A stretch of DNA of 64,000 bases. Source: Candidatus Latescibacterota bacterium. GTDB taxonomy: Bacteria > Latescibacterota > UBA2968 > UBA8231. The notes beneath the pieces were generated by a model. That model was given only the letters and a program-made list of their open reading frames with translations, did no database searches and was not told where the DNA came from. The stretch's first letter is position 1. Each line of letters opens with the position of its first letter. Positions 1 to 9,982 of this stretch are shown piece after piece. Position numbers and translations under genes: made by a program. The DNA is taken from positions 2,944,001 to 3,008,000 of the forward strand of contig OZ242005.1 of the NCBI GenBank assembly GCA_965204725.1. Reading direction: 5' to 3'.

Positions 1-1
1 C

Positions 2-937
2 ATCACAGAAATTACCGACACACAGAGGACGATAAGCGAGAAGGGTTTGCGGAACTCGGCTGCAAAGATGCTTCCTGCCAACTCTGTTGTTGTTTCATCA
101 AGAGCGACCATTGGTCGAATCGGTATCAATCGCATACCTCTCGCCACCAACCAAGGCTTCAAAAATGTCGTTATCAAGGATATAAATAGGGCAATTCCTG
201 AATACGTTGCATTGGCATTGACGAAATTGGTGCCGACAATGCAAGCCCAAGCCAGCGGATCAACTTACAAAGAAATTATCAAGTCAAGGTTCAGTGAACT
301 ACGCATCCCTTTGCCGACACTGGAAGTCCAGAGAGAAATCGTGGCGGAGATTGAGGGCTATCAGCGGGTGATAGAGGGGGCGCGGGCGGTGGTGGAGAAC
401 TGGCAGCCGCATATTGCGATTGATCCTGAGTGGCCGATGGTGGCGTTGGGAGAAGTCATCTCTTTGGAATACGGAAAACCACTCAAAGCCGAAAATCGAA
501 TTGAAGGACCATATCCGGTATATGGATCAAATGGAATCGTCGGTTATCACAATGAATGTTTGATTGAGGGACCAGCCATCATTGTGGGGCGAAAAGGTTC
601 TGCGGGTGCCGTCAATTTTTGCGAGACGCCGTGTTACCCAATAGATACGACGTTCTTTGTCCGTATCAGAGAGCAACAGCAGCTTGATGTCCGATTTTGC
701 TACTATCAGATGCTTGAGCTTGAGTTGGACAAGGTAAATGTCCAGTCTGGTGTTCCGGGTCTAAATCGGAACGATGCGTACCTCAAAACGATAGCCGTCC
801 CACCTCTCGAAACCCAGCAAGCCCTCGTCGCTGAGATTGCGGCAGAGCAGGCGTTGGTGGATGGCAGCCGGGAGTTGATCGAGCGATTCGAGGAGAAGAT
901 ACGCGATGCGGTGGGGCGGGTGTGGGAGGAGGAATAG
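2..937 (+). CDS. hsdS: Type I restriction-modification specificity subunit, C-terminal part (5' end outside window; may be an M-S fusion)
   Basis: Frame open from position 2. Two TRD/conserved-helix units: 'SSRATIG..ATNQGF..IPLPTLEVQREIV' and 'YPVYGSNG..IVGRKGSAG..VPPLETQQALV'. Confidence 0.85.
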   Translation: MTEITDTQRTISEKGLRNSAAKMLPANSVVVSSRATIGRIGINRIPLATNQGFKNVVIKDINRAIPEYVALALTKLVPTMQAQASGSTYKEIIKSRFSELRIPLPTLEVQREIVAEIEGYQRVIEGARAVVENWQPHIAIDPEWPMVALGEVISLEYGKPLKAENRIEGPYPVYGSNGIVGYHNECLIEGPAIIVGRKGSAGAVNFCETPCYPIDTTFFVRIREQQQLDVRFCYYQMLELELDKVNVQSGVPGLNRNDAYLKTIAVPPLETQQALVAEIAAEQALVDGSRELIERFEEKIRDAVGRVWEEE

Positions 938-961
938 ACTAAAAGCTGAGCGGAAAGTTTA

Positions 962-1691
962 TCAGTTCGGTTGATGGTGTTTTGGCAGGTGTTTTTGAAT
1001 CTCTTGGAAAATCTCACGCATACCACTCGGCAGATCTTGGCATATCAACGGCTCGGATTTCTCCAACAACCGACATATTCTATAGCGGTCACATAGGATA
1101 CAGTTGACGGTACGTGACCGGTCTTCCCGCCATTCTGTGAGGTTGATGCGCGGGATGGGCATTTAATTTTTTTGCCAATGCCGGAATGGCCTCTGTATCG
1201 GACCATCCAAGACTTTTTCTATCCCCGCTGTTTTGACTGAACAGAAAAATCTCTGCCCAACCGGGAAACAACGCCTGCATCGCCTCTTTGCACAGATTTT
1301 CAAACTGCACCCTCAAAGTCTGTCGCAAAGAGCGAATAATCCGATTGTGGCACGAACAAGCCAGCAAGAACAGATACGACAAATAGTGTTTCTCGGACGT
1401 CTGAGGTGCAAACTGCACTTCGCCATCATCTTGCATGAAGGGATAGATTCTCCCCAACCATAAGGCGCGGTTTTTGATAAGATCCATAGCATCTTCAATA
1501 GCATCTTCAAACTGCTCGCCTTGTAAAAAATTATCCTCTTCCTCTGAAAAAATCTCTCTTTGAACTGCGTCAAATTCTGCGCGTGTGAAATGACCGTCGT
1601 ATTCGTTATTCAGTGCGACGGTCAACTCGATGCAGTCGGCTAAATCAACGACATCTTTAACTATCTCTTGACTCCAAGGAAAATCAATCAT
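962..1691 (-). pseudogene. Degraded hypothetical protein (putative nuclease partner of the dcm/ParB operon), frameshifted near 1160
   Basis: ORF 1089-1691 reads plausibly to 'LAKKLN'; a plausible C-terminus ('ILCDRYRICRLL') lies in another frame (962-1162). The nuclease role is inferred. Confidence 0.5.
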
Positions 1692-1702
1692 CGTGAATCC
1701 AC

Positions 1703-1776
1703 TTTTAAGTGGTTGATTGTGTCATCAAGCATGTCCATTTTTTAAGCGATTGATTGTGTCATCAAGCATGTTCATT
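1703..1776. repeat. Imperfect 37-bp tandem duplication at the ParB gene 3' end
   Basis: ttttaagtggttgattgtgtcatcaagcatgtccatt followed directly by ttttaagcgattgattgtgtcatcaagcatgttcatt. Confidence 0.85.
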
Positions 1777-2831
1777 GCTTCTTGGACACTCTCCACTGCC
1801 TCTTGGTCATCTGCCTCTTGGTCATCGGACGATAGGGAGTATAGATTTAAGTTTGCTTGTTTAAGATGATCTTTTGCTTGCTCAAGATGATCTATGGCTA
1901 AGGTTATATCTTGTAAAAATACCTCCCTGTTATCTATTGTAGCACTATAAGCACTGTCCAATGACGCACCTTGCCGGAGCTTTTTCAGTGCATCCGGATT
2001 TTCTATTACCGCATTCAATTTGGGAATGTTTCGAGACTCGCCGAGACGTGTAGAACCCTGACTATCTTTTTTGAACATCCACTCCGTGAGTTCTTTAAGG
2101 GGTTCTTTCTTTAAGGATTTTGGATTGGCAATGGGGTGTGGCGCTCTACTGTCTCCCTGTCTGACGCCAACAAATGACGCGATTCCCGCGTTTGCGATAG
2201 CCGTATAGAACGTGCCAAACCGAAAACTTCCTTCGTTTAGATCGTCAATACCAAAAAAGTCGCGTTTCGCAATGGCTTCGTACGCCGCCAAAGCATCTAG
2301 ATTACGCCGGACTGCATCGCGCCTGCTGCCGATCTCACGAGCAACTTCCCGACAGCGTTCCTTCGGTTCGCCCGATGCTTGCTCGAACAACGATTTCAAG
2401 TATCGTGCCTTTGCCAAAGGATCCCATCGTTGGACCCCAGAAATATGGCGAAAGCCCAGATATTGCAGGGCATCATATCTTGAGTTGACTATAAACGCTG
2501 GAATATCGGTCGGCTTGTTTTTAGCTTCTTCTGACGCTCCTGTAATGCTTTTACGGTTGCTCGCCAATCTCGGGTTTTGCAACAGTTTCAATGCTACCAG
2601 CCTGCGGTTGCCCTCCAAGACTGTGTATTTGCCGTTTTCAGCAGACGTTACGACGATGGCTTCGCCCTGGAAAAACCCGTTCTCCCCGATTGAGATCATC
2701 AAGTCCGCAATGCCGGTTTTTGTCGCCAAATACTCGATAATGGCGCTTTCTTCTGTTCCTACTGTAGTCGGCAGACGCGGATTTTGCTTGTCGAATTCGA
2801 GATCGTCAATATTGAGTGTCTTAAAATTCAT
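1725..2831 (-). CDS. ParB/Srx N-terminal domain protein
   Basis: 'LEFDKQNPR..SIGENGF..YTVLEGNRRLVALKLL' ParB-like motif; overlaps the MTase stop (ATGA coupling). Confidence 0.8.
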   Translation of the reverse strand: MNFKTLNIDDLEFDKQNPRLPTTVGTEESAIIEYLATKTGIADLMISIGENGFFQGEAIVVTSAENGKYTVLEGNRRLVALKLLQNPRLASNRKSITGASEEAKNKPTDIPAFIVNSRYDALQYLGFRHISGVQRWDPLAKARYLKSLFEQASGEPKERCREVAREIGSRRDAVRRNLDALAAYEAIAKRDFFGIDDLNEGSFRFGTFYTAIANAGIASFVGVRQGDSRAPHPIANPKSLKKEPLKELTEWMFKKDSQGSTRLGESRNIPKLNAVIENPDALKKLRQGASLDSAYSATIDNREVFLQDITLAIDHLEQAKDHLKQANLNLYSLSSDDQEADDQEAVESVQEAMNMLDDTINRLKNGHA

Positions 2832-3853
2832 GAGAACACCTCTCCCGGTAGGGCTTCAAAAATTTGTCGAAAGATCATCGGCGGCACGGCATTGCCAATG
2901 ACCTTGTATTTACTCATCAATCCCGTCGTGTCTGGAAACTCCCAATTACCGAGGTCTTGAAGAACTGCTGCTTCTTTGTACGAAAGCCGGCGGGCTTTTT
3001 TCGGATCTCCTTGGAAAATCCATTTATCTCTGCCTATCTTTTTTAGCGGCGGGCTCATTGGGTGCAACTGCATGTGGCGTGCGTTTGCGAGTATTGTTTT
3101 GCTTGGCTCATCCCATCTGCGATAGCGGTCACGGGAGAGATAATACCAATGAAAATCCTGATTAAAAAATTCGCCTTCAGGCCATTCTTCCTTCAAGTCT
3201 CCTAAGAAATCCCGCTGTGTTTTCACCGGTTTCAATCCCGGTCCGTGTGTGGGTTTTGGAAACTCGTATTTTACGCCGAAATCTGAGCGAATACCGACGA
3301 TAAAAATCCGTCGTCTTTCTTGCGCCAGACCATACTGTGCGGCATTGATGAAGTCCCAGTTGACGCGGTATCCAGCCAAACGGAAACGGACGAGTTGTGC
3401 ATTTAAAAAATGCCGATTGTTACTCCTCGCCATGCCAGATACGTTTTCTACAATAAAGACTTTGGGACGGATCTTTCGTAGGGCGCGATCAAATTCGCGG
3501 TAAAGTCTATTGATTTTGCGCCCAGCATCACGCGCTCCGCCTTGACAATAGCCTTGGCAAGGATAGCATCCCGCTAAAACATCCGCTGACGGAAAGGCTT
3601 TGATTTGATCAACGCTATCGGTCTTGAAATCAGTCTCGGGGAGATTGGCTTCATAGACCTCTTTGGCATAGGCCAGAATATCGTTTGCCATCAGAATCTC
3701 GCAGCCTGCATCAATCAGCCCTTTATCGGAACCTCCGCATCCGGTAAAAAGAGAAACCGTTTTCAACGCGCACCTTTGAATGTTTCTACCAAGGATGCCT
3801 GTATTCAGGGTTTGGGATGACATGCTGCTATTCAGGCTGCCTTTATTCAGCAT
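2828..3853 (-). CDS. dcm: DNA (cytosine-5)-methyltransferase
   Basis: Motif I 'SLFTGCGG', IV 'GCYPCQGY', VI 'VENV', VIII 'QERRR', X 'IGNAVPP'. True start may be downstream of 3853. Confidence 0.93.
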   Translation of the reverse strand: MLNKGSLNSSMSSQTLNTGILGRNIQRCALKTVSLFTGCGGSDKGLIDAGCEILMANDILAYAKEVYEANLPETDFKTDSVDQIKAFPSADVLAGCYPCQGYCQGGARDAGRKINRLYREFDRALRKIRPKVFIVENVSGMARSNNRHFLNAQLVRFRLAGYRVNWDFINAAQYGLAQERRRIFIVGIRSDFGVKYEFPKPTHGPGLKPVKTQRDFLGDLKEEWPEGEFFNQDFHWYYLSRDRYRRWDEPSKTILANARHMQLHPMSPPLKKIGRDKWIFQGDPKKARRLSYKEAAVLQDLGNWEFPDTTGLMSKYKVIGNAVPPMIFRQIFEALPGEVFS

Positions 3854-4210
3854 AGCCTTATCCTTTTTTGCCGAGCAACTGGTAGGTAACGCTTAATTAT
3901 ACAATAATACATACAAAAGGAAAACCGCCGAGTCGCCGCCAACCGCGGCTGAACGGATAGCGCAAACGCTCCAAGCCACCATCGCTTCCCCAATCAGGCC
4001 ATCGGCCTCTGCGACAAGCCGATCTCCTTGGTGGTGCCTAGGCCGAAGCGGATTTCGTAAGCCGTGTCAAAAATCATGGCGTCGTCCTTTCGGGCGGGGA
4101 ATATAGGGTTGACGCGAAGGGAGAGGCAAAGTCTATTAAAAGAGCTTTGACAGGGACTGGCTCGAACCCGTTTGAATCGTATTTTTTTACCGCCACCGGA
4201 GGACTAGGCC

Positions 4211-4738
4211 ATGGCCAATGCCGTGATTGTCGTTGACATGCAGAACGGCTTTATGCGTTCAGACGGGGCGCTCTACTGCGGGGATCAAGCGCGGGCGATC
4301 ATCCCGCGCATCGCCGCACGGGTCGAGCGCGAACAGGCCGCTGGGGCCGCGCTTTTTTTTACTCAAGACAGCCACACCGCCAGCGACCGCGAGTTTGAGA
4401 TGTTTCCGCCCCACTGCATCGAAGGCAGCGAGGAAGAGCGCATCATCGCCGAGTTGGCGCCATTGGCCCAAGACGCGCAGATTGTCAAGAAGCGGCGCTA
4501 CAGTGCCTTTTTCGAGACCGAACTGGCCGCGATGTTGGCCGCGCTGGCACCGGACAAGGTCGTGGTCATGGGCGATTGCACGGACATTTGCGTCCTGCAC
4601 ACCGTGGCCGGGCTGCGCAATCGCGACTATGCAGTCAAGGTCCCGGCCGATTGCGTCGCCAGCTTTGATCCCCAACAACACGAATGGGCCTTGGGGCACC
4701 TAGAGAAAATCCTCGGGGCCGAGGTGACGAACCGCTGA
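4211..4738 (+). CDS. pncA: Nicotinamidase / isochorismatase-family cysteine hydrolase
   Basis: 'VVDMQNGF', 'DSH', 'PHC', 'KRRYSAF', 'CTDICVLHT'; translationally coupled to the nicotinate PRTase. Confidence 0.85.
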   Translation: MANAVIVVDMQNGFMRSDGALYCGDQARAIIPRIAARVEREQAAGAALFFTQDSHTASDREFEMFPPHCIEGSEEERIIAELAPLAQDAQIVKKRRYSAFFETELAAMLAALAPDKVVVMGDCTDICVLHTVAGLRNRDYAVKVPADCVASFDPQQHEWALGHLEKILGAEVTNR

Positions 4739-5460
4739 TGGCAGAGCGCGACCTATACGCGCCCTCGGCGGCTACGCTGGCGGGCGACAACGCGGACATT
4801 TACTTCCGCCGCAGTTGCGACATCCTCGCGGCCGAGCAGCTCAATCCGGTCGTGGCGATGGAGGTGTTTGCCCGGCAGCGCGCCCTGCTGTGCGGCTTGC
4901 GCGAGGCGCAGGCCCTCTTGCGGCAGGTGCTCGGCCCAGAGGCCGAGGTGTGGAGCTTGGACGAAGGGGATTGGATCGAGCCGCACGAAGTCGTATTGCG
5001 GATTTGCGCGCCGTACCGGCAGTTCGGGCTGTACGAGACCGCGCTGCTGGGAATGCTCAGCAGCGAGACCGGGTGGGCCACGGCGGCCGCAGAATGCGTG
5101 GCGGCCGCCGACGGAGTCCCGATCGTCAGCTTCGGTGCGCGGCACGTCCACCCGGAGGTCAGCGCCCGGATGGAATACGCGGCCATCGTCGGAGGGTGCG
5201 CCGGATGCGCCACCCCGCGCGGGGCCGCCCTCGCCGGCATTGAGGCAACCGGGACCATGCCGCACGCCTTGATCTTGTGCCTCGGCGACACGCTCAAGGC
5301 CGTCGAGGCTTTTGACCGCCACATCGACGCCGAGGTCGAGCGCATCGCGCTGGTTGACACCTTTAGGGACGAAGCCGAAGAGAGCCTGCGGTTGGCCGCG
5401 GCCTTGGGCGAGAGGCTATGGGGGGTGCGGCTAGACACCCCCAGCGAGCGCGGCGGCGGG
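4738..5460 (+). pseudogene. pncB: Nicotinate phosphoribosyltransferase, 3'-truncated
   Basis: 'DIYF', 'SFGARHVHP', 'GTMPHA', 'LVDTF', 'GVRLDTPSERGG', then an abrupt switch to unrelated GT-rich DNA; the C-terminal part is not found in the window. Confidence 0.8.
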
Positions 5461-5505
5461 TTGGTTTGTATTTTGGTTTCTCACAGGTCATACTCCTGTC
5501 GATAC

Positions 5506-5555
5506 GGGCTGATACCGAAACCTTGGCTGAGGTGGTATCGGCCCTTTTTTTGTTT
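5506..5555 (+). terminator. Intrinsic terminator near the left end of the element
   Basis: gggctgatacc...ggtatcggccc stem followed by tttttttgttt. Confidence 0.55.
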
Positions 5556-5898
5556 GGGCGGCTGGTTGGTTCTGTTGGGGAGGTGCCTCGGCGCGGTCGG
5601 GGAGGGGATGAGTGACCATTCCGCCAATTTGCGGAATGGTTCTGGTGCCTCGGCGCGGTCGAGGAGGTGCTCGCGCTGGCCTCGTGGCACCAAGTATAGC
5701 CGTCTTTGTCGCGGACGGCAAACGGCGGGCTACCATATCTTGTGGTCGGTGGTGGTTTTGGCGGCGCGGTTGGCGACCACAAGATGTAGTGGTTCGGGGT
5801 CGTTATTGAAAAAACGGCATAATTATCAATTTTTTGTGGTTGGTCTGTATTTGGTTAGTGGGCAAGGCTTATAAAAGTTAGCTATGGAGGGTATTATC

Positions 5899-6414
5899 GT
5901 GGCTAAGAAGGGGAAGGGTAAGAATAGGACCAAGAAGGACAAGAAGGCGTGGGATGGCCCGTTTTTAGCGGATCCGTGTTGGGATCGGTATGATCCGACG
6001 AAGGCGCGGTTGTTGTTGTTGCCGCGGTCGGCGGCTAGGGATGGGGGTGCGGCGGCTACGGCGACTCGGTGGGATTGGGCGTTTGATCCGTACTGCACGT
6101 TGCGGATCTATCTGGGTTCGTCTTTTCAGCGGCAGGTGGAGGCGGTGTCGGAACAGATGGGTAAGGAGCCTGCGGAGGTGATTCGCCCTGCGGCGTTGGC
6201 TACTATCGCGTTGTGTTTGGCGGAGGAGTATCGGGAGGGTCGTGCTTCGGCTGGGGGTAGTTTCATGGCTTCTCAGTGGATGCAGTTGGTGGGTCATGAT
6301 CTGTCGCCCGATGAGGGACAAGTCTATATGGAGCTGGCGGCGAGCTACTTGAGCGGTCAAGGCGGTCAAGGTGCAGGCCCGGAGGAGGATGCAGGCCCGG
6401 AGGAGGACGGCTAG
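5899..6414 (+). CDS. Hypothetical phage/satellite protein
   Basis: GTG start after a GGAGG RBS; basic N-terminus; 18-bp tandem duplication at 6372-6407 in the acidic tail. Confidence 0.6.
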   Translation: MAKKGKGKNRTKKDKKAWDGPFLADPCWDRYDPTKARLLLLPRSAARDGGAAATATRWDWAFDPYCTLRIYLGSSFQRQVEAVSEQMGKEPAEVIRPAALATIALCLAEEYREGRASAGGSFMASQWMQLVGHDLSPDEGQVYMELAASYLSGQGGQGAGPEEDAGPEEDG

Positions 6415-6849
6415 GCAGGCCCTTGCCATCTTCGGCTTGACACCGGACCTTTAGGATGCTCGGAGACACCGAGCACTATGAAGAACAGACAGGCTGCTGC
6501 GCGGCTGGTTCGTGCATCTTCAAACCTCCTGTGCGGCTGGTTGCGCGGCGGCTTGATAAACTGAAATTGGCAGTACGAATAGCTCTGGTAAGGAGGGGCT
6601 ATTTACCGCGGTACTTGCACCGTGGGGCGTTCAGCGCGAGGTTGATTGTTGCGCTGAGACTTTTAACTCTGTTATGCGCCGGGGCTATCAGACACTCATT
6701 ACGACCTATGGTTGTGGGTGTCTGATGGCTTCGGTTTTTTTTGTGCTGTGGCCGTGACCGCGGCCATGGTCGATGGGGGCTTGGAACCTTGCGGCGGATC
6801 GGGTCATTCGGCTGTGAACCGATTGGCGTAGGCACGGGTATTTAGAGAG

Positions 6850-8367
6850 ATGAAGGCGACTGATCTAATCGAGTGGATCGAGACTTCGTTGAAGCTGGTG
6901 AGCGGCTTTAGGGCGGGGCAACCGTTTAAGCTGCTTACTTGGCAGCGGCAGTTTTTGCGGGGTGCCTTTAAGCGGGGTGTCTATCGGTCTGCGCTCTCTA
7001 TTGCGCGGGGCCCGGGTAAGACGAGCCTAATGGGCGCGGTGGCTTCGGCGGCGTTGGCTGGTCCTCTTCGTCAAGCGCGTGGCGAGGTGCTACTGGTCGC
7101 CAGTTCGCTAGAGCAGGCGCGGATACTGTTTCAAGGTACGGTGTCTTTTTTGCAGCCTACGATGGCGAAGGATCCGTCTCAGTGGCGTCTTACAGACAAC
7201 CAACAGCGGGCGATTTTAGAGCATCGGCCTAGCGGTTCGCGTGTGCTCGCGGTGGCGAGTGATCCGCGGCGGGCGCATGGCAAGCGGCCTAGTTTGGTGT
7301 TGTGCGATGAGGGTGCTCAGTGGCCGGTCGCTACGGCGGATAAGATGTACGCGGCGTTGAATACGGCGTTGGGTAAGGTGTCGGATAGTCGGTTGATCGC
7401 GGTTGGTACGCGACCCGAAGATCAAAGTCATTGGTTTCAGCGGCTGCTTGAGGATGCTGATTTTTCGATGTGCTATGCGGCGGATTCGGATGACGATCCG
7501 CTTTCGGAGGCTACTTGGGTCAAGGCGTGTCCTCAGCTCAAGCAGTTGCCGCACTTGCATCGGATGGTTCGGCGGGAGGCTGAGGATGCTCGGCGCGATC
7601 CTGCGCTCATGGCCCAGTTTCGTGCTTTGCGGTGCAATATGGGTGTCTCTGATAGCCCTATTTTGCCTTTGTGTACGGTCGAGGAGTGGCAGGGTGCTGA
7701 GGATGTCTATGGCGCGGCCAAGCGCGAGGGTCCGATGTATTGGGGTTTGGATTTGGGGGCTACGGCGGCCATGTGCGGTATAGGTTCGTATTGGCCTGTG
7801 TCGGGTCGCTTAGAGGGGTTGGGTGCGTTCCCGGGCAAACCGTCTATTGAGGCGCGGGAGCGCGGCGATGGGGTCAAGTCGGGTCTGTATCAGGCGATGG
7901 TTGATCGAGGGGAATTATTGGTTCTAGGGAACAAAGTGGTTTTAGTGCATGACTTTTTAGGCCGCGCGGAGTCTGTGTTCGGCGGTCGGCCTGTGCGGAT
8001 CGCTTGTGATCGGTGGCGTTTGGGCGAGTTAGAGGATGCGCTCAAGGAGTTGGGTTGGTCAGAGGTACGAATAGAAAAACGGGGGATGGGGTATAAAGAC
8101 GGCGGTACGGATGTGAGGACATTCAAGAATGCTTTTTTATCGGGCAAGGTGCTCCCGGTCCCTTCGCTGTTGCTGCGGTCGGCGGTGGGTGAGACGCGGT
8201 TGGTATCGGATCCTGCGGGTAATCAGAAGATCGCGAAGAAGGCCGAGGGGGGTCGTAGGCGGGGCGGTCGGGATGATCCTGCGGTCGGGTCTGTGCTGGC
8301 GGTGAGCATGGCCGAGCGGGTGCCTGTACCTGTGAAGCCCGTGTTGGTGCATGTCCCGTTTAGGTGA
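6850..8367 (+). CDS. terL: Phage terminase large subunit
   Basis: 'LLTWQ', Walker A 'IARGPGKT', Walker B 'VLCDE', RNase H-like 'GLDLG', 'ACDRWR', C-terminal 'RDDPAV'. Confidence 0.92.
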   Translation: MKATDLIEWIETSLKLVSGFRAGQPFKLLTWQRQFLRGAFKRGVYRSALSIARGPGKTSLMGAVASAALAGPLRQARGEVLLVASSLEQARILFQGTVSFLQPTMAKDPSQWRLTDNQQRAILEHRPSGSRVLAVASDPRRAHGKRPSLVLCDEGAQWPVATADKMYAALNTALGKVSDSRLIAVGTRPEDQSHWFQRLLEDADFSMCYAADSDDDPLSEATWVKACPQLKQLPHLHRMVRREAEDARRDPALMAQFRALRCNMGVSDSPILPLCTVEEWQGAEDVYGAAKREGPMYWGLDLGATAAMCGIGSYWPVSGRLEGLGAFPGKPSIEARERGDGVKSGLYQAMVDRGELLVLGNKVVLVHDFLGRAESVFGGRPVRIACDRWRLGELEDALKELGWSEVRIEKRGMGYKDGGTDVRTFKNAFLSGKVLPVPSLLLRSAVGETRLVSDPAGNQKIAKKAEGGRRRGGRDDPAVGSVLAVSMAERVPVPVKPVLVHVPFR

Positions 8368-8373
8368 GGGTCG

Positions 8374-8697
8374 ATGAGTTCTCTTGCAGAGCGTCAAGCG
8401 GTCTATGGGACTCGTAAATGGCGGTCTTTACGCGCCCTGACCCTTAAAAAGGCTGGTTATTTGTGCCAGTGCGCGGAGTGTCGGGCGCACGGGCTTACGA
8501 AGGCTGCGGAGCTGGTCCACCATGTCACGGCGTGGCAGCATGTAGCGGAGCACGAACGTATGCAGTGGGCATTTGATCCAGAGAATCTTATGGCGGTGAG
8601 TCGGGATTGTCATGCTCGACTACACGCTAAGCACGATGAGTCGGCCAAGGACGTGCATGAGCGCGGTTGGGATCGGCTAGTCAAGCAAACCATGTAG
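8374..8697 (+). CDS. HNH endonuclease (terminase-associated, HK97 gp74-like)
   Basis: 'YGTRKWRSLR..YLCQCAEC..AELVHHV..FDPENLMAVSRDCHARLH'. Confidence 0.9.
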   Translation: MSSLAERQAVYGTRKWRSLRALTLKKAGYLCQCAECRAHGLTKAAELVHHVTAWQHVAEHERMQWAFDPENLMAVSRDCHARLHAKHDESAKDVHERGWDRLVKQTM

Positions 8698-8708
8698 GAG
8701 TTTTGATC

Positions 8709-9968
8709 ATGACCAAGAGTATGAAATTAGCACTTCGGTTGTCGGAGTGTCGCCAGCGGCTCAACGAACTGCTTGAGGTCGAGGAATTGACCGATGAGCA
8801 GCGCAGCGAGCTTTCGGCGTTGACGCAAGAGGTGCAAAAAACGGAGCCTGAGTATCGGGCCGCGGTCGTGGCGGAGGATCGGTCTGAGGACCTTGAGACA
8901 CGCGATGACGGCGAGGGTGCTGAGTACCGTGCATTAGTTGAGCGCAGCGAGCTGGGCGCATTTATCACGGAGGCTGTGAGCGGCCGCGCGGTCGTAGGTG
9001 CAGAGGCTGAGCTTCGTAGCGCAGTCTTTGGGGATGCGGCTAGGGACGGCTTGGTGCCGTGGGAGATGCTGCTACCCAGAGAGCAAGAGGAGGAGCGGGT
9101 CGATGTGGCCACTTCGTACTCCAGCGATGTGCAGCAAAATCAGCAAACGATTATCGAGCGGGTGTTTGCTCAGTCGAGTGCTCGGTGGCTAGGGGTGGAT
9201 ATGCCTAGCGTACCGATAGGCGATGTTTCGTACCCTGTGTTTGAATCGGGTGATACGCCGACCTTGGTGGCCAAGGGTGGGGCGCACGATGCGGGCGAGG
9301 CTGTGATCACGGCCAAGACGTTGGAACCCGTGCGGCTGCAAGCGCGATACTTGTTTAGTCAAGTGGATGCCATGCGGCTTAGGGGGTTGGAAAACGCATT
9401 GCGGTCGGATGTGAGGATGGCGCTGGCGACTGAGCTGGACAATTTCGTGCTGAATGGCAACGGGACTTCGCCTCAGTGGTCGGGCTTGTACGATGACGCG
9501 GCCAGCACGGGCATTGTAGCGGCGGCCAACGCGGATGCGGTGGCGACCTACGATGACGCGGCTCAGTTGGCGGCCAAGGGGATCGATGGCAAACACGCGG
9601 CTTCGGCTATGGATGTGAAACTGTTATGGAATGTCGAGGGGTTACAGTTTGTCCATGGTCTGTTTAAGGACCAACCATTATAGCGCGGCGGATTATCTGC
9701 GTGAGAATAGCGGCGGTATTCGGGCCTCGGATCATGCGCCGGCGAAGGCGAGCAAACGGGTCAAGATCGGGTCAAGATTCTGTTGGCGCGTATGGGTATC
9801 ATGGGCGGGAACAGTGTGTGTCCTGTCTGGCAGAACCTTGAGATTTTGAGGGATCCGTACTCGGCCAGTGCTACGAATCAGGTTTCATTGACTGCGGTAG
9901 CGTTTCATTCTTTCTCGGTGCTGCGACCTGGGGCCTATCGGATCGAGAATTTGCAGATCGATGCGTAG
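8709..9968 (+). pseudogene. HK97-fold major capsid protein with N-terminal coiled-coil delta domain, interrupted by two duplications
   Basis: Coding pieces 8709-9683, ~9675-9770 and ~9779-9968 ('LEILRDPYS..QVSLTA..FSVLRPGAY'); 4-bp duplication at 9670-9677 and 11-bp duplication at 9757-9778. Confidence 0.8.
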
Positions 9969-9982
9969 AGAGGAGGTTTCTC

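Noticed and set aside
4684-5874. 396-aa ORF as an intact PncB or novel fusion
   Set aside because: Residues after 'PSERGG' are read-through into noncoding element DNA that contains a terminator; the real start is 4738.
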